Source of the DNA: an uncultured Gammaproteobacteria bacterium
GTDB taxonomy: Bacteria; Pseudomonadota; Gammaproteobacteria; Steroidobacterales; UBA11654
Direction of reading: 5' to 3'
Length of the DNA: 64,000 nucleotides
NCBI GenBank assembly: GCA_902634075.1
Contig: CACPJA010000003.1
Location: forward strand, 8,407-72,406
Positions 58,216 through 64,000 of the stretch are shown piece by piece; positions within the stretch are counted from its first letter, which is position 1, and each line of letters starts with the position of its first letter. Under the pieces are notes generated by a model that was not told the DNA's origin, did not search any database, and worked only from the letters and a program-made list of their open reading frames with translations. Position numbers and translations under genes: made by a program.

Positions 58216-59139
58216 ATGAGTGAATTAACACAAAGTAAACATTACGATTTTGTACCGATCATTGATCGAGAACCGTTTAAATTACCAGACGGAGCGAGAG
58301 TTGCTGTTATGCCTTATATCAATATAGAGCATTTTCCTGCAGCTATTCGCGGCACAGCATTGATACCTGGTACAGCTGATCTTTCTCCGGATCCATTAAA
58401 CTATGGTTGGAGAGACTATGGAAATAGAGTTGGTCTATGGAGAATGATGGAAGTAATGGACAAATTAGGCATGAGAGGTACGGTTTGTCTAAACTCTGAA
58501 ATCATCAGAGAATATCCAAGGATCATAGAGGAATCTGTTGCCAGAGATTGGGCCTTCATTGGTCATGGCATCAATAATGCTCCTGCTAACTTTCTAGCTA
58601 ACTTCCCTGATGGAGAAGGCGGCCACATTGCTTTAGACGAGGACAAAGAAAGAGAAATTATTAGCAGTGTTTGTAATGAGATGGAAGAAGCATTAGGTAA
58701 GAAAACAAAAGGATGGCTTTCTCCATTTTTGACACATACAGATAACACACCAAGAATTCTCGAAGAGAATGGTGTTGAATATCTATGTGACTATACTGCT
58801 GATGATCATCCTTTCAGGTTTAACACACCAAAGAATAATTTAATTGCTGTTCCTTACACAGTTGAATTGAATGATATTCCAGCCTTTCTAGGACACTCTG
58901 GAGTAGGAGTCTCTTCTGAGGCTTTTGGTGATATGATCGTTGATCAGTTTGATGTTCTTTATGAAGAGGGCGCGACCAATGCACGATGCATGCCAATTTG
59001 TTTGCATACATTCCATGTAGGGCAGCCAAATAAGTTTAAACATCTTAAGCGAGCCTTTGAGTACATTGCGAGTCACGATGATGTTTTATTGACCACTGGT
59101 GATGACATTAACGATTGGTACAGAGAGCAATATATGTAA
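58216..59139 (+). CDS. polysaccharide-deacetylase-fold protein (PuuE allantoinase-like)
   Basis: INIEHF, WRDYGNRVG, GHG, PYTVELND, CLH. Confidence 0.85.
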   Translation: MSELTQSKHYDFVPIIDREPFKLPDGARVAVMPYINIEHFPAAIRGTALIPGTADLSPDPLNYGWRDYGNRVGLWRMMEVMDKLGMRGTVCLNSEIIREYPRIIEESVARDWAFIGHGINNAPANFLANFPDGEGGHIALDEDKEREIISSVCNEMEEALGKKTKGWLSPFLTHTDNTPRILEENGVEYLCDYTADDHPFRFNTPKNNLIAVPYTVELNDIPAFLGHSGVGVSSEAFGDMIVDQFDVLYEEGATNARCMPICLHTFHVGQPNKFKHLKRAFEYIASHDDVLLTTGDDINDWYREQYM

Positions 59140-59175
59140 ACTCTGAGTCCCTTATAAGGGTAACTTGGATATAAT

Positions 59176-59205
59176 ACTGGGTAGGGAAACCTACCCAGTT
59201 TTTTT
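59176..59205 (+). terminator. intrinsic terminator
   Basis: ACTGGGTAGG-GAAA-CCTACCCAGT followed by a T tract. Confidence 0.85.
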
Positions 59206-60468
59206 ATGAAACAATTCAAACTACTAATATTTTTATTTTTTCTGCTCAGTAACAGTCTGTTGCTAGCCAAGGACCTAGAACCACTTGTTCTTGATGAAAT
59301 TGGACCAAGTGTCATCCGTTTGCCGACACTAATTAATAACACTGATCTTAATCTCAATCTACCTAAAGGTTTTAAGGCTGAGATTTTAGTGGATGGTCTA
59401 AATTCACCTCGCTGGATATTGGTATTGCCTAACGGAAACTTACTGGTTACCCAATCGAGAACTGAGTCACTTCCAGGTATGCCAAAGGAGACAGTGGAAC
59501 TATTAGAGACAATGAATATCTTTGGGCCTTCACCCAATAATGTTCTTCACATTGATCTTCAAAATAAGACACCAAAGATCGAAATTATTTTAGAGGGGTT
59601 AAATCAACCCTTTGGAATGATTTATTTTAACGAAGAGTTATTTGTAGCAAACACAGATTCAATTATTAAATACGGATTTAAGGGTTACAAAGTAAAAGAC
59701 CAGGGTAAAAAGATATTATCCCTACCTTCTGGACCGCCAAATAATCATTGGACCAGAAATATAATCTTGTCAGACGATAAGAAGAAAATTCTAGTTGCTG
59801 TTGGCTCAGGCACCAATGTAAATGAAGAAGGGACTGATGATTCATCACGAGCAGCCATTTGGGAAATAGGGCTGAACGGTGATGAACAAAGATTGTTTGC
59901 TACTGGGCTTCGAAATCCCGTAGGTTTGGCATACGAGCCAACAACTAAAAGATTATGGACAACTGTTAATGAACGAGATGGCTTGGGTGAGACTGTTCCT
60001 CCTGACTATTTAACAGAGGTTATTGACGGAGCTTTTTACGGTTGGCCTTACACATATTTTGGCACATACCCAGACCCAACTCAAAAGCGATTAAACCCTG
60101 AAAAAACCGAAAAAGCTCTTGCTAACTCTAGAGTACCGAATCTTGCCATTGATGCTCACTCTGTACCGTTAGGCTTGATATTTCATAGTGGAATCAACAT
60201 TGATGATAGATATAAAAACGGAGCCTTTGTGGCCAGGCGGGGAGGCGTATCAAGATCAGAATTAACCGGATATGATTTGCTTTTTATCCCCTTTGAAAAT
60301 GGTTATCCTACAGGTGTTATTGAGGCTTTTATGACAGGCTTTATAGCTGATCAGAGCAAAGCAGAAATTTACGGTCGTCCAGTTGGTTTAGCTGAGATGA
60401 ATGATGGATCAATCTTATTAAGCGATGATGTCGCAGGTCGGATATGGAGGATCAGCAAAAGTGACTAA
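59206..60468 (+). CDS. sorbosone/glucose dehydrogenase family beta-propeller protein
   Basis: Signal peptide, NHWTR, GLRNPVG, VNERDGLG, YGWPY, GRPVG, SDD. Confidence 0.9.
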   Translation: MKQFKLLIFLFFLLSNSLLLAKDLEPLVLDEIGPSVIRLPTLINNTDLNLNLPKGFKAEILVDGLNSPRWILVLPNGNLLVTQSRTESLPGMPKETVELLETMNIFGPSPNNVLHIDLQNKTPKIEIILEGLNQPFGMIYFNEELFVANTDSIIKYGFKGYKVKDQGKKILSLPSGPPNNHWTRNIILSDDKKKILVAVGSGTNVNEEGTDDSSRAAIWEIGLNGDEQRLFATGLRNPVGLAYEPTTKRLWTTVNERDGLGETVPPDYLTEVIDGAFYGWPYTYFGTYPDPTQKRLNPEKTEKALANSRVPNLAIDAHSVPLGLIFHSGINIDDRYKNGAFVARRGGVSRSELTGYDLLFIPFENGYPTGVIEAFMTGFIADQSKAEIYGRPVGLAEMNDGSILLSDDVAGRIWRISKSD

Positions 60469-60512
60469 TCTAAAGGCTAACTCTTATTGTTTAAACGTGA
60501 TATTTTAAAGCA

Positions 60513-62510
60513 ATGATTAATTTCAAAAGAAACTCATTCTACCTTCTCTTTTATAGCTTTTTGATTAGCGGTCTTTTTTTCCATCCTGCTTCTGCTTCGG
60601 AAAGTGATTGGCCTCAGTACGCTGGTGATGAAGGCGGTTCTAGGTATTCTCATTTGGATCAAATTAATCGAGAGAACATTAAGAATTTAGAAGTGGCATG
60701 GACATATAAAACAGGTCATTTGGATCGAGTTCCAGAACAATTCTCTTTTTTAAAAAGATTAGTAGGCTTTCAAGTCACTCCAATAATATTGCCAGATGAA
60801 GCAGGAGGGTTTTTAGTTTTTTGTACTCCATTTAATGAAATTATCGCTTTAGATGGAGCAACGGGAGAGAAAGTTTGGTCTTACGATCCAAAAATTGATT
60901 TACGACCGTTTGCAGGACGCTTCAATTGTCGCGGATTAGCCCAATGGAAAAACCCGAATAAAGAGCAGAGTGAATTGTGTGCTCATAGCCTATTTCTCGC
61001 TGCCAATGATAAACGACTAATTGCTGTTGATGCCATCAGCGGCATTCCTTGTTCAGAATTTGGATCTCAGGGTGTTGTTGATGTCTTGCCTTATATCAAG
61101 CAAATTGAACCAACTAACCAGATTCAAGCAATGCAACTTAAGTCACCGCCTGCAGTTGTCAATGGAGTGGTGATTATAGGAGGCACTGGAAACAAATTTA
61201 AAGATGCAAGCTCTGTCAATGGTGCTGTTCGAGGATTTGATGCAGTGACAGGGGAATTTCTATGGTCCTTCGACACATTGATCAGAGACCCTGAGTCCAC
61301 TGAATCACTTCCTTATTCGGTTGGAGGTGCCAACGTTTGGACAACTATGTCTGTAGATAGGCAACGAGATTTAGTATTTATTCCTACAGCAAGCGCTTCT
61401 CCAAATTTTTATGGCGGACTAAGACCAGGTGATAATCGTTATGCCAATTCAGTCTTAGCTTTACGCGCACAAACTGGAGAGTTGGTATGGCATTACCAGA
61501 CTATTCACCATGATATTTGGGATTGGGATTTGCCAACACATCCTTTATTGGTAGATGTAACCACTGAGAGTGGTAAAAGTCCTATCGTTATTGCATTAGG
61601 AAAAACTGGTATGGTTTACACTTTTCATAGAGACACCGGTGAACCCTATTTTGATATCGAAGAACGAGAAGTTCCAACTGACGGGATCTTAGGTGATCAA
61701 TTATCACCGACTCAACCTTTTCCAGTAAAGCCACCACCCCTTGTCAGGCAGGGAATATCACCTGATGATGCATGGGGGGTTACTCCTTATGAACGAGAAG
61801 CCTGCAGAGAAATGATAGCTTCTGCAAGGTACGGAGGGATGTTTACGCCCATGTCAACCAAAGGGACCATTATGTATCCACAGGTTGGTGGAGGAGCTAA
61901 TTGGGGAGGAGGTGCGTTTGACCCAGAACGTAATATACTAATTGTGCCTGTGGCCCAGGTGCCCTTTTATGTGAAATTAATTCCTGAAGAGAATGTCGAT
62001 AAGGATTTAGCTAAAACGCCCATGGCAGGAAATCCTATGGGTCCACCAGGGCTTATTAAAGGCACTAAATATGGCCTTCAACAAAAACCTCTCTTATCAC
62101 CTCTTTATACCCCTTGTACTGAACCACCTTGGTCAATGTTGGTTGCTGTTGACATGATAGAGGGAGAGATTTTATGGAAAAAACCATTCGGTAAGATTGA
62201 TAAACTAAGTCCTTTGCCTATTGGTTTTGAATGGGGAACCCCCTTTGCGGGAGGGGCCATCACAACCGCAGGCGGCCTTATTTTTATAGGGGCGACAGCA
62301 GACGAACGTTTCCGTGCTTTTGATATAGAGACCGGCGAAAAGTTATTAGAAATGAAAGCACCGACTGCTGCTATGGCGACGCCCATGACTTATATGGCCA
62401 ATGGAAGACAATATGTGGTTATAGCAACTGGAGGCCATATGTGGAACTATCCAAATGGTATTAGTGATGAGTTAATTGCTTATGCTTTGCCAGAGAATCT
62501 AATCGAGTAG
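60513..62510 (+). CDS. PQQ-dependent dehydrogenase (glucose/quinate type, without the N-terminal membrane domain)
   Basis: WPQYAG..RYS.LDQIN, CRG, GANVW, HHDIWDWD, ATPMTY. Confidence 0.9.
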   Translation: MINFKRNSFYLLFYSFLISGLFFHPASASESDWPQYAGDEGGSRYSHLDQINRENIKNLEVAWTYKTGHLDRVPEQFSFLKRLVGFQVTPIILPDEAGGFLVFCTPFNEIIALDGATGEKVWSYDPKIDLRPFAGRFNCRGLAQWKNPNKEQSELCAHSLFLAANDKRLIAVDAISGIPCSEFGSQGVVDVLPYIKQIEPTNQIQAMQLKSPPAVVNGVVIIGGTGNKFKDASSVNGAVRGFDAVTGEFLWSFDTLIRDPESTESLPYSVGGANVWTTMSVDRQRDLVFIPTASASPNFYGGLRPGDNRYANSVLALRAQTGELVWHYQTIHHDIWDWDLPTHPLLVDVTTESGKSPIVIALGKTGMVYTFHRDTGEPYFDIEEREVPTDGILGDQLSPTQPFPVKPPPLVRQGISPDDAWGVTPYEREACREMIASARYGGMFTPMSTKGTIMYPQVGGGANWGGGAFDPERNILIVPVAQVPFYVKLIPEENVDKDLAKTPMAGNPMGPPGLIKGTKYGLQQKPLLSPLYTPCTEPPWSMLVAVDMIEGEILWKKPFGKIDKLSPLPIGFEWGTPFAGGAITTAGGLIFIGATADERFRAFDIETGEKLLEMKAPTAAMATPMTYMANGRQYVVIATGGHMWNYPNGISDELIAYALPENLIE

Positions 62511-63362
62511 ATTTTCAGAATCTCTTTTTGCATCAGGATCTAGAAACCTCAACCCATTAGCTTTAATCTTTTCATTAGAAACATTTTTGGGACCTGGGCT
62601 GAGATTAAGCCATTGAACATGCTCGTAACCATTTTCATCACAAACTTGAGCAAAGAATTCTGATTTTGAAGATGAGACCTCATTAAAGAGATTAAATAAC
62701 CCTGAGAACTTCTTCTCTATAGCAAGATCAATTGCTTGAACTACATCGTCTCGATGGATAATCATAGCATCCGATGAGCCATCAAATGGGATAGGCTGTC
62801 CGGCCATCATCTTAAGTTGATTTTTCCATTCCCGGCCAGGTCCATGGATAGTACCCGTCCTAAAAATACAGACAGGCATATCTTCATTCGCTATATCTGA
62901 TAATAAATTTTCGGTCTCAATATAGACTTCTTGGAAAGGATTTAGAGGATTGGCAGTTACTTCTTCATCAATACTTGCTTCACCATGAGCATCTCCATAA
63001 GCATTTAGCGAGCTAGTAAAAATGATTTGCTTAACTTTTGCGCCGGAGTTTATAGCTTCGACAACACTTTCCGCCGTTCCAACATATGCATCTCTATAAA
63101 GATCAGCATCCATGACTGTCTTGCCGTCTTTTTCCACCATACCTCCTGCTACGGTTAATACTAAAATATCTTGCTCCTCAAGTAGTGTAGCCATTTTTTC
63201 TCTATCACTGCCAACCATGACCATAACTTGATCGGAAACCGCCCCCAGTTCTTCGACTCTAGATTCTTTTGTGGTTGTGACCGTTATCGTGTGCCCTAGT
63301 TTTTTAAAATGCTTGGCGGCAGCGAAGCCTGTATAAGCGGCACCTACGATTGCTATTTTCAT
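62499..63362 (-). CDS. NAD-dependent epimerase/dehydratase (extended SDR)
   Basis: Rossmann IVGAAYTG, FTSSLNAYG, IHGPGR, IHRDD. Confidence 0.8.
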   Translation of the reverse strand: MKIAIVGAAYTGFAAAKHFKKLGHTITVTTTKESRVEELGAVSDQVMVMVGSDREKMATLLEEQDILVLTVAGGMVEKDGKTVMDADLYRDAYVGTAESVVEAINSGAKVKQIIFTSSLNAYGDAHGEASIDEEVTANPLNPFQEVYIETENLLSDIANEDMPVCIFRTGTIHGPGREWKNQLKMMAGQPIPFDGSSDAMIIHRDDVVQAIDLAIEKKFSGLFNLFNEVSSSKSEFFAQVCDENGYEHVQWLNLSPGPKNVSNEKIKANGLRFLDPDAKRDSENLLD

Positions 63363-64000
63363 TTCAAGGCCTCAATAAAAAGATTGGGCAACATGGAGTC
63401 ATCCCACTCGCGAGAATTATCTCCAGTTCTTAGAATTACTAGAGATTTTGAGGGCACCATATAAAGTCTTTGTTTGCCTAATCCATCCATGTAAAAAACA
63501 TCGTCAGTTTTATAAGGCTCATTATGTATATTTGAGAAAGCCTCTAATCTTGAGTCGTAAGGTCTGTATTGAGTGTATTCATTACCTAGCCAGATCTGCA
63601 TTCCATAATTAACATTGGCTTTTGAGGGAACAATCATTTCATCAACCCAGCCTTCTGGAAGTATTTGCTTACCATTAAAAACCCCTTTGTTTAATAACAT
63701 TTCACCGACACGAACCATGTCTCTAATGGAGGCCCACATGCAGCAATCGGCATGCACCATACCCCCCTCTTGGTCTACAAAGAAGAAGGCATCTCTTGCT
63801 CCAAGCGGTTGCCAGATTTTTTCTGAAAAGTATTCACCATACCTTTGACCTGTTGCTCGTTGAATAATGATTCCTAGCATTTGACTGTTTGGATTAACGT
63901 GTGAAAAAACGGTTCCAGCCGGAGCGTCAACACTAACCATCAAATTTGCAGATGTAATGTCTGTCCCCATGATTCTTTGTATTCTTTGTGAACTTGGGGA
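63359..64000 (-). CDS. serine hydrolase, beta-lactamase family (5' end outside the window)
   Basis: PAGTVF, IWQPLG, DMVRVG, YGMQIW, MDGLGKQRLY.VPS; frame open to the window edge. Confidence 0.85.
   Translation of the reverse strand, partial: SPSSQRIQRIMGTDITSANLMVSVDAPAGTVFSHVNPNSQMLGIIIQRATGQRYGEYFSEKIWQPLGARDAFFFVDQEGGMVHADCCMWASIRDMVRVGEMLLNKGVFNGKQILPEGWVDEMIVPSKANVNYGMQIWLGNEYTQYRPYDSRLEAFSNIHNEPYKTDDVFYMDGLGKQRLYMVPSKSLVILRTGDNSREWDDSMLPNLFIEALK

Noticed and set aside
1..64000. CRISPR array, tRNA/rRNA, IS element, prophage, dif site
   Set aside because: No regularly spaced repeats, cloverleaf or rRNA signatures, transposase, integrase or phage genes recognised by eye; subtle cases could be missed

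Overview
Low-GC bacterial chromosome segment, most consistent with a marine Gammaproteobacterium (inferred from gene content and protein similarity). 1-13.7 kb is housekeeping: PPi-type phosphofructokinase, adk, rnd, mpl, ahcY, metK, tkt-gap-pgk and a nucleotide-translocase-like MFS. 13.9-17.3 kb holds a VIT/vWA sortase target, a class GN sortase and two unannotated paralogous membrane microproteins. About 18.6-27.9 kb is an AT-rich island resembling a defence locus: RmuC, SF2 helicase, PD-(D/E)xK-like protein, MORC-like GHKL ATPase, N4-C methyltransferase, a TerB/RelE-like fusion, AlkB and a methyltransferase-like gene. Next come a TPP riboswitch with PnuC and a kinase, methionine genes and glnS. 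36-64 kb is a catabolic region with a TonB-dependent receptor, amidohydrolases, a type II DMSO-reductase-family Mo enzyme that lacks a gamma subunit but is followed by an MFS-cytochrome c fusion, and PQQ-type dehydrogenases. No rRNA, tRNA, CRISPR array, integrase or transposase was recognised. All calls come from reading motifs by eye; no searches were run.
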